From Mobula hypostoma (taxonomy: Eukaryota): a DNA stretch of 64,000 nucleotides. The translations under genes and the position numbers were made by a program. The notes under the pieces are model-generated. The model did no database searches and was not told the DNA's origin. It saw nothing but the letters and a program-made list of their open reading frames with translations. The DNA lies in assembly GCF_963921235.1 (NCBI RefSeq), contig NC_086097.1, forward strand, positions 147,066,001 through 147,130,000, read 5' to 3'. The first letter of the stretch is position 1; the number at the start of each line of letters is the position of its first letter. This document shows, in pieces, positions 12,361-26,261 of this stretch.

Positions 12361-13819
12361 ACTAGTTGAGGCCTGTGAGGTGATGGGATTTAAAGGTCAG
12401 GGGACAGTCAGTAACTAGGATGGACTTTTGATACCAAGGATATCGGTTGTGAGAATTGTGGGCCACAGATGTTGCTTCCATTTGACTGACATAGATGGAG
12501 TAGCGCAAGGAAATGTCCTGAGTTAGGTTCCCATCACTGGACTGGCATATGCTCAGGTAAACTTGCTTTGAGTTGAGAGGATCCAATGGTCAGCAAATTC
12601 CAGATTCACAGGGACTAAATCATTCTGACTCTCCTCTAAAAAAGAAATGGTGTCAACATGCATAATGCTTGATCTTCACAAAGCTGATGCAACAAACAGA
12701 AATGCCCTGTCAAACTTACAGAGATGTGATTTGATCTGGAAACCATCTTAATTCAGGAAAAAGAATAAGTTTCTTTTACACAGCATGCACAAATGACTGC
12801 TCCATCCCTGAACTTCCAGACCATCATCTGAGTTGTGTTTAGTGTGCATTTGTGAAGCGCTACTATCACTAACCATTCCATTATACAGGCAGATATTATG
12901 TGTGCCATTGCTTTGCTGAATTCAGCAGGTATTCCCCCAGTTCTACAGGGTGGGTACCAGCCACGGTTAATTACTTTTTTAAAGTAAGAACTAAGATTGA
13001 GCCCTCAAACAATTTTATTGAAATAAAGAAGCAGTATCACTACTGAAATATACATTTATGTTAACCAAATGCAAAATGTATGGAGATCCATGTGTTTTCT
13101 TTGAATATTAAATAATTTATCTTATTCTTCAAAAGATTTTTCACTCAGACCTATTTCAGGATAGCTGTACTATATTAGGGTATAATTTTCTTCACACCTT
13201 ACCCTGAATTAATTTATGGGATTTAATATATGATTAGCATTTAATAAATAAAAAAGTTAAGGAAATAGATTAGTTTATGTAAATCAACTGCCAAGATTTG
13301 AATGTTTCAAAATATGGCTAAAGAGATGGTGTGGGAGGGAGAGTGTTAGATTTTTAGATCATTGGGCTCTCCTCCAAGGAAGGTACAGGTCCGTACAGAA
13401 GAGACGGTTTGCACCTGAAGTCAGGAATCAAAAGGTTGAGTATGGTGCGATTAATGTCCTGAGCAGTTTATATTTCAATGCATAAGTATTGTAGGAAAGG
13501 CAGATGAGCTCAGGGCATGGATTATGATAACATGAAATTATGATAACATAGTCGTTAATAAGACCTGGTTGCAGGAGGGACTGGACCGGCAGCTCAACAT
13601 TCTGGGGCTCCATTGTTTTAGATGTGACAGAGTGGGAGGGATTAAAGGGGGAGGGGTGGCACTACTAGTCAGGGAGAATGTCTCGACAGTACTCAGTCAG
13701 GACAGACTGGAGAGCTCGTCGATTGAGGCTTTATGGGTGGAACTGATGAATAAGGTTACCATGTTACCCTGTTAATGGGCTTGTGTTACAGACCACCCAA
13801 CAATCCGTAGGGTTTAGAG

Positions 13820-13981
13820 CAGTGGTCTCCAACCACCGGGCCGTGGACTGATACCAGGCCGCGAAGAGTGCAACGGTGTAGCGGATAGCCGGAACACACT
13901 CAGCACGTCTTTAAGAAAAACACCAAAATAAACAAGCTAATTAATTAGGTGCCACTGCGGCCCAGAGGTTGGGGACCACTG
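13820..13981. mobile_element. hAT (Charlie-like) MITE, 162 bp
   Basis: TIRs cagtggtctccaacc / ggttggggaccactg; 8-bp TSD gtttagag / gtttagaa. Confidence 0.9.
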
Positions 13982-14476
13982 GTTTAGAAGAACAAATTTG
14001 TAAAGATTGCAGACTATTGCAAGAAACATAAGGTTGTTAGAGTAGATAATTTTAAATTTCCAACTATTGAGTGGGACTCCCATACTGTAAAAGGACTAGA
14101 TGGGATAGCGTTAGTCAAATGTGTTCAGAAAAATTTTCTCTATGAGTACATAGAAGTTCCAAAAAAAGTGTGTGATACTTGATCTCCTATTAGGGAATGA
14201 GACAGCGTAGGTGATGGAAGTTTCTGTAGCAGAACACTTTACATCCAGTGATACTAATGCCATTAATTTCAAAGTAAATATGGAAAAAGATAGGGCAGGT
14301 CTGGGGGTTGAGATTCTAAAATGGAGAAAGGCCAATTTTGATGGTATCAGAATATCATTGATTGTGTGGAATATTTCAGGTTGTTTTCTCGTGAAGTTGT
14401 TCATGGTAAGTGGAGGCCTTCAAGTGTGAAACTTGTCAGAATAAAAGATAAAGATAACATGCTTAGGGAATCTTGG

Positions 14477-15280
14477 AGCTTAGGGGGAGACAATGATGCC
14501 TAACGGAGACTCCTCTGCTTGCATCTTCGGAAGCACCTCTATTTCCATCTGTAATATCTCTATTTTTCCCTTTCAGGGTTCTTTTGAAGACCCTAACCTG
14601 GAGTTACACGCTGACTTCAGTTCTTTGTGGGAATGGGACCCGCTCTCGGGGTTTCACGACTGGCCGTTATTCGATATGCCAAGGACGCAGTCTAAGAGAT
14701 TAGCTCGCCTTTGGAGTTCCGGAATCTCGTGGCTCCAGAGATGGGCGGACTGAAGGTTGTTGTCCCGGCAGGAAATCGGTGTGTCGTGGGAGATGGAAGA
14801 TATCTGGCTGTGCACCCAGAGACCCAAGATCTTTGGGCACAGAGCTTGGAAAAAGCAACACAATGGACTTTTAACATCATAAATCAATGAGTTGTTTGTT
14901 ATGTCTCCCCTCTCGCTGTGAAATAGAGACACCTCTTTCTCCTTATTAGGGAGAGAGAGAGAGCTTGTGGTATGTCGAATACCAGGTGAACAAGTAGTCT
15001 TTGGGGTACTGCAAGTCTGTGTCTTTGCTGTTGCTTTGCTGCACATTTGAGTGCTCAGTGGTGGGTTCTGATGCTTTTTTTGCTGGTGAGGGAGGGGGGA
15101 TCATTGCTTTGCTGCTGCTTATGCGTGGGAGTGGGGAGCTGGGGGGCTTTGGGGTTCTAACATTTAACTGTCATTCATTCTTTGGGGCACTCCTCTGTTT
15201 TCATGGATGGTTGCGAAGAAAAAGCATTTCAGGGTGTATATTGTATATATTTCTCTGACATTAAATGTACCTTTGAAACC
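14477..15280 (+). mobile_element. Non-autonomous retroposon-like repeat (copy 2), inserted in CR1
   Basis: Homologous to 421-1401; CR1 text resumes at 15281. Confidence 0.8.
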
Positions 15281-15411
15281 TTTTCAAAAGATATTGAGGC
15301 CCTGGTTAAGAAAAGGAAGAGGTACATAGCAGGTATAGGCAGATATGAACAAATGAGGTACTAATGGAGTATCAGAAATGCAAGAGAAATTTCTCTTAAG
15401 AAATAAATCAG

Positions 15412-16527
15412 GACCTCTAAGACCTGGGCCTTAGTACACCCTTGTGCAATCGTATCCTGGATTTCCTCACTTGTAGACCCCAGTTAGTTCGGAATGGCAA
15501 AAATATCTTCTCCACAGTCTCCATCAGCAGAAGAGCACCACAGGGATGAGTGCTTAGCACCCTGTTCTAACTCGCTTTACACCTATGACTGTGTGGCTAA
15601 GTACAGCTCCAACACAATATACAAGTTTGCTGATGACACCACTGCTGTGGGCTGTATCAAAGGTGGTGATGAATCAGCATACAGGAGGGAGATTGAAAAC
15701 TTGGTGTGTGGTGTAATAACAACAATGTCAATAAGACCAAGGAACTGATTGTAGACCAAGAGTGAGAAACCAAATGTCCATGAGCCAGTAATCATCAGAG
15801 GATCAGAAGAGGAGAGGGTCAGTAAATATAAATTCCTGGGTGTCAGCATCTCTGAGCACCTGTATTGGACCAATCATATAAATATGATGCAAAGAAAACA
15901 CGACAGCTTCTCTACTTCCTCAGGAGTCTGCAGGTATTTGGCAGGTCATCAAATCCTTGCCTAGTGTTTATAGATGTGTGGTGGAAAGTGTGCTGACTGG
16001 CTGCACTTCGGCCTTATATGGCTTTGAGAAGAAAAATCCGACAAAAGGTAATGGATTTGGCCCAGTATATCATGGGTAAAACCCTCCCAACCATTGAGCA
16101 CATCCGTAAGAAACATTGCTGTAGGAACGCAGCATCTATCATCAAAGATCCTCACCACCCAGGTCATGCTCCTTTCTTGCTGCTGCCACCAAGTTGAAGA
16201 TGCAAGTGCCTCAGGACTCACAACACCAGGTTCAAGAACAGTTACTACCCCTCAACTATCAGCCTCTTAAACAAAAGGGAATAACTACATTCAATTTCTA
16301 GTGTCCCCACAACCAATGGTCACACTTTAAGAGCTCATAGTCGTGTTATTTCATGTCTGTTGTCTACTGTTATTTATTTATATTTGCATTTGCACAGTTT
16401 GCTGTCCACTGATCATGTTTACAGTTACTGATCTATAGATTTGCTAAGTATGCCCACAGAAAAAGAATCTCAGAGGTGTATGTGCTGATATGGATGTACT
16501 TTGATAATAAATTTTACTTCGAATTTT
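15412..16527 (+). mobile_element. Rex1/Babar LINE, 5'-truncated, inserted in CR1
   Basis: LYTYDCVAKYSSNTIYKFADDTTAVGCIKGGDESAYRREIENL; tail ataataaattttacttcgaattt. Confidence 0.85.
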
Positions 16528-18374
16528 AAAAGGAGGCATGAGTTTGCCCTAGCAGGCAAGATGAAGGAGAATCCCAAGGTATTCTACAGATATGTTAAGA
16601 GGAAAAGGATTGCAAAGGACAAAATTGGTCTCCCAGAAGATCAGAATGTAATCTATGCGTGGAGCCATAAGAGAAGGGGAAGAATTTAAATAGATTTTTT
16701 GCATCCGTATTTACTCGACAGGCAGACACGGAGTTTATAGACGTGGGGCAAAGCAGCAGCAAGATCATGGACCCTATACAGATTACAGAGAAGGTGCTTG
16801 CTGTCTTGAGGCAAATGAGGGTGGATAAATCCCCAGGGCCTGACAAGGTGTTTCCTTGGACCCTGTGGGAGGCTAGTACAGAAAACTGTAGGGGCCCTAC
16901 CAGAGATGTCTGAATCATCTTTAGCGACAGGTAAGTTACCTGAGGAGTGAAGGATAACTAATGTGGTTCCACTATTTAAGAAAAGCTCCAAATATAAACC
17001 AGGAAATTATAGTCCAGGGAGTTTGACATCAGTAGTGGGAAAGTTACTGGAAGATACTCTAAGGGACCAGATATATGAGTATTTGGATAGACAGGGACTG
17101 ATTAGAGATAGTCAACATGGCTTTGAGCATGGTGAGGCATGTCCAACCAATCTTGTAGAGTTTTTCAAAGAAATTGCCAGGAAGGTTGATGAACGCAAGG
17201 CGGTGGATGTAGTCTGTATGGACTTTAGCAAGGCAAGGCCTGTTGTTGGAGGGTGGTCAGGAAGGTTCAGTTGCTTGGCATTCAAGATGAGGTAGTAAAT
17301 TAGATTAGACATTGGCTTCGCAGGAGAAGCCAGAGAGCGGTAATAGATGATTGTCTCTCTGACTGAAGTCCTGACAGTAGTGGAATGCTGGGTCCATTTT
17401 TGTTTGTCATCTATATCAATGATCTGGGTGATAACGTGGTTAACTGGATCAGTAAATTTGAGGATGACACCGTGTAGTAGGCAGTGAGAGAGGCTATCAG
17501 AGCTTACAGCGGGATCTGAACCAGCTGGAAAAATGGGCTGAAATTGGCAGATGGAATTTAATACAGACAAGTGAGAGGTGTTGCACTTCGATAGGACCAA
17601 CCCAGGTAGGTCTTAGACGGTGAGCGGTACGGCAGAATGTGGTAGAACAAAGGGATCAGGGAATATAGGTCGGTAAGACATTGAAAGTGGTGTCACAGAT
17701 ATATAGGGTTACAAAGAAAGCTTTTGGCACATTGACCTTCATAAATCAAAGCATTGAGTACAGGAAATAGGATGTTATGTTGACATTGTATGAGATGTTT
17801 GTGAAGCCTAATTTGGAGTATTGTGTGACTTTTTGGTCAGCTACCTCAAGGAAAGATGCAATTAAGGTTGAAAGAGTACAGCGAAAATTTACATGTATGT
17901 TGCTGGGACTGGAGCACCTGCGTTATGAGGAAAGATTGAACGGGTTAGGACCTTATTCCTTGGAGTGTAGAATGTTGAGGGGAGATTTGATAGAGATATA
18001 CAAATTTATGAGGGGTATAGATAGGGTAAATGCAAGCAAGCTTTTTCCACTGAGGTTTAGTGGGTCTTCAACTAAAAGTCATGGGTTAACATGAAAGATT
18101 AAATGTTTAAGGGAAACATAAAGGGAACCTTCTTCACTCAGAGGGCCATGAATGTGTGGAACAAGCTGCCTCTCAAGTGGTGGGTGTGAGCTCGATTTCA
18201 AAGTTTAAGAGAAGTGGGATAGGTACATGGATGGGAGGAATATGAAGGGCTATAGTGCAGATGCAGGTCTATGAAGCTAGGCAGTTTAAATGGTTCAGCA
18301 TGGACTAGATGGGCCGTAGGGACTGTTTCTGTGCTGCACTTTTCTATGACTCTGACTCAGGGAAATAATATATA

Positions 18375-19210
18375 TGCTGATGCATCACCACCTTTGATTC
18401 GGACAATGACAGTGGAGTAACTTAAATATGGCATTGGAGCTATGCTTAGCCGCACCATCAAGTGAGTAGAGCGGGGCTAAGCACACAGTCTTGTGGTGCA
18501 CCTGTGCTGATGGAGATCATAGAGATGTTGTTGCCAATCCAAACTAAAAGTGAGAAAATCAGAGATCCAATTTCACAAGAAGATATTAAGGCCTAGGTCT
18601 TGAAGCGTATTGATTATTTTTGAAAGGACAATAGTATTGAATGCCAAGCTGTAGTTGACAAAGGACATTCTTAATGTCCACATGTTCCAGGGTTGAGTGA
18701 AGAGCAAATGAAATGGCATCTACTGTGGATCTGATCTGCCGGTAGGCAAATTGGAGCTGATCCAAGTTGCTTCTCAGGCAGGAGTTGATGTGTTTCATCA
18801 TTAACCTGTCAAAGCACTTCATCACAGTGGATGTAAGTGTTCCTGGACGATGGTCATTGAGGCAGGTCACTAGTCTTCTTGGGCACCATTATAATTGAAG
18901 CAGATGAGTACCTCAGACTAACGAAACAAGAGGTTAAAGATATCAGAGAACACAGCAACCAGTTGAAGAGCACAGGTCTTCAGTACTTGGTCAGGAACCC
19001 CATCTGGTCTGGATGCTTTCCATGAGTTCACTCTCCTGAAGTATGCTCTCCATCAGCCTCAGAGACTGAAATCACAGGATCCTCGGTGGCTGTGGGAGGT
19101 TGTGAAGATGCCTCCATGTTTTGACGGGCAAGGCGAACATTGAGCTAATCTGGGAGCGAGATTTTATTGTCAAATATGTCAATTGGTTTCCCTTTGTAGA
19201 AGGTGATAGT
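18375..19210 (-). mobile_element. Rex1/Babar LINE RT fragment
   Basis: TCLNDHRPGTLTSTVMKCFDRL..LDQLQFAYRQIRSTVDAISFALH. Confidence 0.85.
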
Positions 19211-21534
19211 GTGCAAGTTGCAGTAAGGCAAGGGTTAATGACATCATCCAGACACGAGGAGCCTGGGCAGATGTAATCAAGTGATAGAGACGCCTCTGCT
19301 GACTACAGACAAGATAAGCGTGGGTGACTACAGCACCGTGTGCTCAAGCCAGATGAGTGAGTTTGCAGTGATAGTAATCCGGACAGAGTATATTTAGAAG
19401 TTTTGTAAGCTACCCGCAAAAATTAGCCGTTGTTTTCCAATTCAATCTTGGAAACATAAACAGATAATTCGATTTCCATCACGGACACTGACAAGATTCG
19501 TTATCCCGAAGAGTGTTTCCAAATCGAGAGCCCCTGACCTCCTCACAAGGAAAGACCACCAACAGAATACACAGATAATTCCCAAAGGGATACAAGAAAG
19601 CACTTTCCCATGTACCAACTTATAATTATTTTCCCAGGAACATTGGCAGAGATTTTGGAGCTGCTCTAAAGAGGTTTCAAGTGAGGAAAGTCTGACTACC
19701 TTTAATATGATTTTTGGTTTTGCTCTTCATTACTTTGCTGAGAAACGTCAAATCACTCTGAGTAGTAATAACTATTGTTTAGAAGCACTCTTGCAACATT
19801 TACAGACTGAAATTAATTGTCTGTCTGCTTATAACTAGTTATCTAATACTACAGTTGAAACTCGTTGACAGACAATTTGTAACCAAGAGAAATCCCAGCC
19901 ACCCACTTCCACCTTTCTGTGTCAGTAGGTGAATGGAGAGTTCCCAGTTCTAAAACAGTGGTAAAAATATTCAGCAGCTGAGGTAGCATCTCTGGAGATC
20001 ACATGAATTAACATTTCAAGTTTGTGGCCTTTCATGATGAAAGGTTATTGATATACAATGTTTACTTTTATTTTCTCACATTCACATTTTTATTTCCAAG
20101 TTTCCAGCATCTCGCTTTCCAAACTTCTTTGTATTAGATCTCATTCAAGCTATTCGCTAATTTAATGCCTTGTATAAGAAATGGCTAAATGCGATATATT
20201 GTTAGTGATTATTATTAAAGGTGATGTGCTAATCCCAAATATCTTTTAGGGCAAATTGCTGGAACTGTGCAGTTTCTTTTCTTAAGATAGATGATACCCA
20301 TGAATGATCTCCAAATAGTGAACATAAAAATTGAGAATTATTTCTGTAGAAAATAAAAACAAAGATGTTATACATGTGCAATGGGTCAGACAGTATTTGT
20401 GAAAAAAGAAAGTAGATTAAAATTTAAAGTCAAGGAATCAAGGACTCTTGGTTACTCCTGCTTGCATATTTCCAACAGTCTTATGTTTCCAACAGCCAAT
20501 GGATAAGACACTCAATAAAAAAACTGCCATTTCAAGCTACTATTTAAAAGAACTGCTTTCAGATTGTTTTATTGAAATGCATAGTTGAAATATACAATTT
20601 TAGAAAAGCAAGTTTTCTTTGCTATATTTGATTCAGAGTACCTTCAGCCAAAAGGGCCTTGGGGGATCGTTAAATGTGCTTTCCAAAAACAATGCCAGAG
20701 CCTATTGTCGAACTATTGGGGCCCATCTTCCCCACCCTACAAGGAAGTACAACTACCTTCCTTCCAGTGTTATGTCTGTTTGCTTTCTTTTGCTTATGTA
20801 CTGTGAATTCAAAGCATACTCAAGAGAGTGCACATCCTGTAATGTTCAGTGTTCAGTTATATTTAACTGATCATTAATTTCAATCTTTGCTTTTAAGCCT
20901 CTTGGGAGCTATAAAGCTTTCAGATCACTGCAGCTCATGAGCATTCTTCCCTATCTCTCCCTATACCTTTACCCATGGTTTGGTAGGAGGATGAAGAGGA
21001 ATTAGTCTTCAAGGGGAAATTTCTCTTCTCCGTACTTGACTAATGGAGTGCCTTGGCCAATCAGTGGTAAATCTGATGTTCCCTTTCAGTACGTTTTCCA
21101 AATAGTGCCTTTATTATCTGCAACAACAACTGAGCGCAAATTGTTCATATTATTAACACATATTAACACCTCCAGAATTGCTGTATTGAAATTGAAGGCA
21201 AAAAGTCCTAGATTAGTATTTAAGTTCAGAGGAATTCATTTTTCATTTTCTTGATGCAGCTCTTTTGGCAAGATCAGCATCTATTGCTCATCAACAGTTG
21301 CTTTTGAGATAGTGAAGGTATTTCCACAAAATTGGTATTTAGCTAAGTCAGAATGAATTATGTCTGGGTCTGCGTAGGTGATGATCATGTTACTATATTC
21401 GTATCTTTCTTAGTAGGTCACCATATCAATCACATTTGTCTTATACCACACTCATCACTATCATCATCACATTGCTAAGGTATCCCGAGATATTTTTTTC
21501 TTTGTTAAGGCCACTTCATTATTTACAGAAGAGT

Positions 21535-22095
21535 TTCTCTAGATGCTGGAAATCCAGGACAACAGACACAAAAAGCTGCAGAAACTCAACAGTTCAGGCA
21601 GCATCTATAGAAATGAATAAATATTTAATAATTTGAGCCAAGATGCTTCATTAGGACTGGAAAAGGGTAGGGGAAGATGACAGAATAAAAAGGTGGGTGG
21701 AGGGGAATGAGGACAAGGTAGAAGGTGATAGGTGAGACCAGCTGGGTGGGGAAAGTAAAGGGTTGGAGAAGAAGGAATCTGGTAAGAGTAGATAATGGAA
21801 GAAAGGGAATGAGGAGGGTCACCAGGGAGAGGCGATAGGCAGGTGGAGGAGAAGATGTAAGAGGCCAGAGTAGGGAATAAAAGAAGAGGGAGATGGGAAT
21901 GGAAAAATATTACCAGTATGAAAAATTGATGTCCATCAGGTTGGAGGCTAACTTGACAGAATGTGAGATGTTAAATCTCCACCCTGAGAGTGGCCTCTTT
22001 GTGGCAGAAGAGTAGGCCATAGATGGACATACTGGAATGGAAGTAGGGATAGGAATTAAAATGGTTAGCTACCAGGAAATTCTTTGCAGTGGACA
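21535..22095 (-). mobile_element. Penelope 3' part (end of GIY-YIG region + pLTR)
   Basis: Reverse-complement homology to 3560-3765 and 4585-4902; minus-strand cagtcctaatgaagcatcttggctcaaat is a decayed hammerhead. Confidence 0.75.
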
Positions 22096-24609
22096 GCAAG
22101 AACTCAATTTTTACTAAAGCCGACTATTTCCATACTCAAACAACAACTGCAATGAAATCTCATGTAAACTGCTGTCATAAGTTATTTCCCATATTGTATG
22201 TTTCCATTGCTGTGGACATCAGGATAACTTACTTTGTTGTGACAACCATTGTCATGAAGGAGATAAAGGGGAGGAATTTCACTGTTATAAATTCTCAACT
22301 TAATCAGGGGTCACAGTCAGTTGCAGTCTGTCAGTGTGCTAGTCTCAACATTTTAAATTGAAATTTAAAGAACCTCTTCAGCTGTCCTTGCATCAATTTG
22401 GTCCTCCTGACTATTATCAATTATTTACGCAGTGCTTCAGTTCTAACTCATGTATATGCAAACAAAAGAGATCAGAAAGCCTGAATTTGCCCTCCCCAGC
22501 CATTATAACCCACATTTACAAAATAGTTGCATGCATATAGCACTTATAGCACTGGGAAACATCCCAATGCAGTTCACTGAAGTACAATCAAACAAAACAG
22601 ATGCTGCGCCAGGGAAGCTTCTCACCCATTCCGTAAGTAGCTACTCTGAACAATCCAGAAGTCTACTCATCAATATTGAATTGATTTATCAATGAAAATC
22701 CTGTAATTTAATCTCCTAATGGCCAGCAATGTATTCAAACTCTGCTCTGCCAGAGCTTTGGTTCAACTGCTATTGAGGTGGAAATTTAAAACTACATCTC
22801 CGAATCCTGATGAAGTGATATTGACACTGATTCTCTTTCCACAAATACTGCTTGAGCTCCTGAGAGTTTCAGGCATTTTCTGTTCTGTTTCCCATTGCCT
22901 GCAAATGCAGCTTTTGTTTCAACCTCTGTATCCTGCCTGCTTCATGTTTATCAATTTCTTTCTCTTAAACACCTTCTGTCTTGGACATATGTGACACTTA
23001 GTGAAGCAGGCAGAATCAGAGAGTCGAAGAATACTACAGCAGAGAAACAGGCCCTTTGGCCTGTCGAGTTCATGTCAAACTATTGTTCTGCCTAGACCCA
23101 CTGATCTGCACCTGGACGTGTGAGCTTTGCCTGTGGCAAGCTTCTTCAGGCTTTTCGAATCCTTCCAAATTCAAAAGCACTGAAAATGTTGTAAATAAGA
23201 TAGTGTCATAGCTTCATGAAAAGCTTTTTGATTTCTAAGCAATTTATATTAAAAGGATAAAATGATACAATTTTTTTCAAAAATATCTCAACTAGAATAA
23301 TGTTCTAATAATCTGTACTGTATTTTTTCCTATTTTATCTCTTTACAATACAGAAGGATGCCATTTGGCCCATTGACCTATGTTGCCTTTTAAGGCAATT
23401 CCAGCATATCCATCCACTCACTCATTTCCAGATTAACCCTTCTCTCTCATTTGCCTTTCAGCCCCTACCACCTGATACTCCTGCCACCCCCCTGCAATGT
23501 TTCTAATTAGGAAATACTTCAATTGTACATGAATCTAGAGAATACAGAACTGTACACCCACCTGGGAGTTATATCATCAAATTCTACCCTGGTAAGTTTT
23601 GAAATAAATTCAACAACTTGCGAGTTGGCATTGGGTGAATGGATCAAAGCTACCAGATTATTCTGAATTTCGTGTTGATAGTTCTTCATATTAAACAATT
23701 AACTATTCCTTTTGCAGCTGCTATCTGATCTGCTGAGTGTTTCCAGCATTTCCCTTTATTTTGGGTTTCCAACTTTTTCATTTTCAATTTTATATGCAAT
23801 GTTTTTTGCAAATTGATCTCCATATAAGATTTTGTAAAGCTTTTGCCTGTTCTCAAAGCAATCAGAAACAACAGGAATAAGTGAAAAGGTAAATATACAT
23901 TAATATATTTGGAGAGAATTTTTAAATACTGTACTGTTGAATGAACAATGACAGTTTTATTGCTAACATCACATTCCTGAAGGAAAAGTTTTGAATTTTC
24001 CTCATTAGAAGTACAAAGAAACATTTAAATATCAATCAATTCCTGTATTTAGCAATAACTATCAATATAACAACTATAATAACTGGTTAAGTTGCATTTC
24101 CACTGCTGATTTAATTTTAGTCTGTAATGCTACATTTTTGCTGCTTCTATTCATTTCCTATACTCATTTTAATCTACATTGGCCTTTGACTAATCCAAAT
24201 GGGTTTTTATCCCCTTCCTGAGATCAATTGCATTCTAAGATTTTGTTCAATAATTTTAATTAAAAGTCAACCTGAGCATAATTTAGGATTTTCTGTTTGG
24301 AATTCAAGCTAACATCTTTTGGTAAATTATTGAAAAGCGTAAGTAGCACATAGCTATCGTATTATACCATCCTAGTAATGGAAAGATTACACTGTCTCCA
24401 TGAAATTGCTATGATTCCTCTTTCTACAAAAAACCCTATTTACAATAAATTCATTAATACCTTCAGTAAAAGTGAATGACTATAATAAAAGGTTTATTGA
24501 TACTACTGCACAAGTTAGCTTTAGCTTCTTAGTCTGAAGTCAGCCTCCGGCCAAAAGGAACCAGATGAATTGAAGCCACTAAGTTCCGTCAAATTCAGCT
24601 TCAGATTTA

Positions 24610-25400
24610 TAAAGTACAAACCTATGTGTGAGTTAGGATGTTGAGGCCTGAAGTGCTTCATGATCAAGAGTCAGTGAGCTCAAGGTTGGATTGGCAAGAA
24701 CAGAAGATATCAACAATCTCCAAGTCCATAAGTCAAACATCAGAACAGCAGGTGTCACAAGGACTGGTGACCCATCCCCCTCCACAGGTCACTTGGGTTG
24801 GAGATCCGAGTCAGTCCAGAAATTGAGAAGTATGGAAGTTCAGAACCTGTGCTTGGCAAGTCCTGGTTCTTGGCCTGAGGTCAAACCCATGACTGGCAAG
24901 TCATGGGGTCAAGGCCCAAATGTCAAACCAGTGACTGGCGAGTCCTGGGGTCAACATCCAGAGATTAGTGAAAGCAAAATCAAAGATCAAACTCCAGAGC
25001 TCTGTGAGCCTGGAGGTAAAGAGCCCCAGGGTCAAAGACCGAAGTCAGTGAGTCTGGAGGCAAGGCACAAAAGTCAAGTCTGTGAGTGGAGGCCAAGGTC
25101 TAGAGGTTAGAGGCCTGAATTCTGCAAGTCTGAGAGTCTGGAGCGGAAGACTGAAGCGCTGAAGCTGACCTGTCTCAGGGTTGGTTGGTTGCCTGTCTGT
25201 GGGTGGGAGGGAAAAGGGTTTGTTTTGCTATTGTGTTCTTGTTTTGTTCTGTTGATGTTGTTGTTGTTCTGATGAATACTGTGGGTACGCTATGTTGGTG
25301 CTGAAATATGTGGTAACAATTGCGGGCTGCCCCTTATGTGTGTTTGTTAACTTAATTGATGCATTTTACTGTACGTGATAAATAAATCTGAACCTGAACT
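24610..25400 (+). mobile_element. Non-autonomous retroposon-like element with degenerate internal tandem repeats
   Basis: Repeated gtcaaacc..tgactggc.agtc.tggggtcaa units; 3' tail aaataaatctgaacctgaa. Confidence 0.5.
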
Positions 25401-26261
25401 AATTAACTAGAAATTGCGATGAGAGATGACTGAGTATAAATAGCAAATTTAAATGATATCTTGAAGGATTAAAATTAATTTTGTAAGCACTTCCATTAAA
25501 CAGTGGGCCTGTTGTATTTGTCCGTTCTTATTTATCAATCACTTTGTGCTTGCAAAGTTCTGATTTTAAAATTCTATCTCAATTCTTCAATGCCCTCACC
25601 ACTCCCTAATTCTGAAACACCTTCCAGGCTTGAACCTTCCAAAAGCTCTGTATTTCTCCATTTCTCACCTTCTGTGCATTTCCCAGTTCTTTCAGTGTGT
25701 CATTGGCATCCTTTCACCTAAGACTTACATCTGAGATTTCCTGCCTACACTTTCCCATTCTTTCTGCTTCTTTGGTGCTTTTTGAAATGTCTCTAAGAAC
25801 TGTTTTAAGATCTAAGTCTTCACCTTGATGTGAAATTTTGCTTCATTCCAACCCTGTGAAACACCTTGGGAGTTTTTTTTAAATATCATGTTAAAGGTAT
25901 CATAAATTGTGTTGATTTTCCATTCTTTCGATCCAAAGCTTTAATCTCCCAGAATTTTCTGCTTTTCTTTGCACATCTGCAAGATTTCCTCTTGCAGTCG
26001 AATTGTTAAATATTCATTTACCTATTACTTAAATTTAGCTTAGATTTGGATTTTGATGACTGTCTGGAATGGAGCAGCTAAGAAGGCGGGAGGCTGATCT
26101 ATCAGCATGTTGGAATAAGACAGATAACGTATTCAACAATATGTCCTGAGTATATCAGCTAGTTGGAAATGATGAACCCTTATTAGCCTGTTTTCCATGC
26201 AACACTTGATTAACAATTAATCCTTGTCATTACAGTTAACAATTCTACAGGGCTGGTGCTT

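Larger units (their letters stand above)
13320..18355 (+). mobile_element. CR1 LINE (end of ORF1 through 3' tail), interrupted by three younger insertions
   Basis: FRCDRVGGIKGGGVALLVRE, KENPKVFYRYVK, VPLFKKSSKYKPGNY..DSQHGF..MDFSKA, KPNLEYCVTFW; ctatgactctgact tail. Confidence 0.9.

Noticed and set aside
20619..20870. NNARAYCRTIGAHL resembles a C-type lectin helix motif
   Set aside because: No other lectin motifs, no convincing donor site; probably chance
20960..20980. Minus-strand ACCATGGGTAAAG|gtatag resembling an MGKG first exon of a Na/K-ATPase
   Set aside because: Too short; no downstream ATPase exons found in the window
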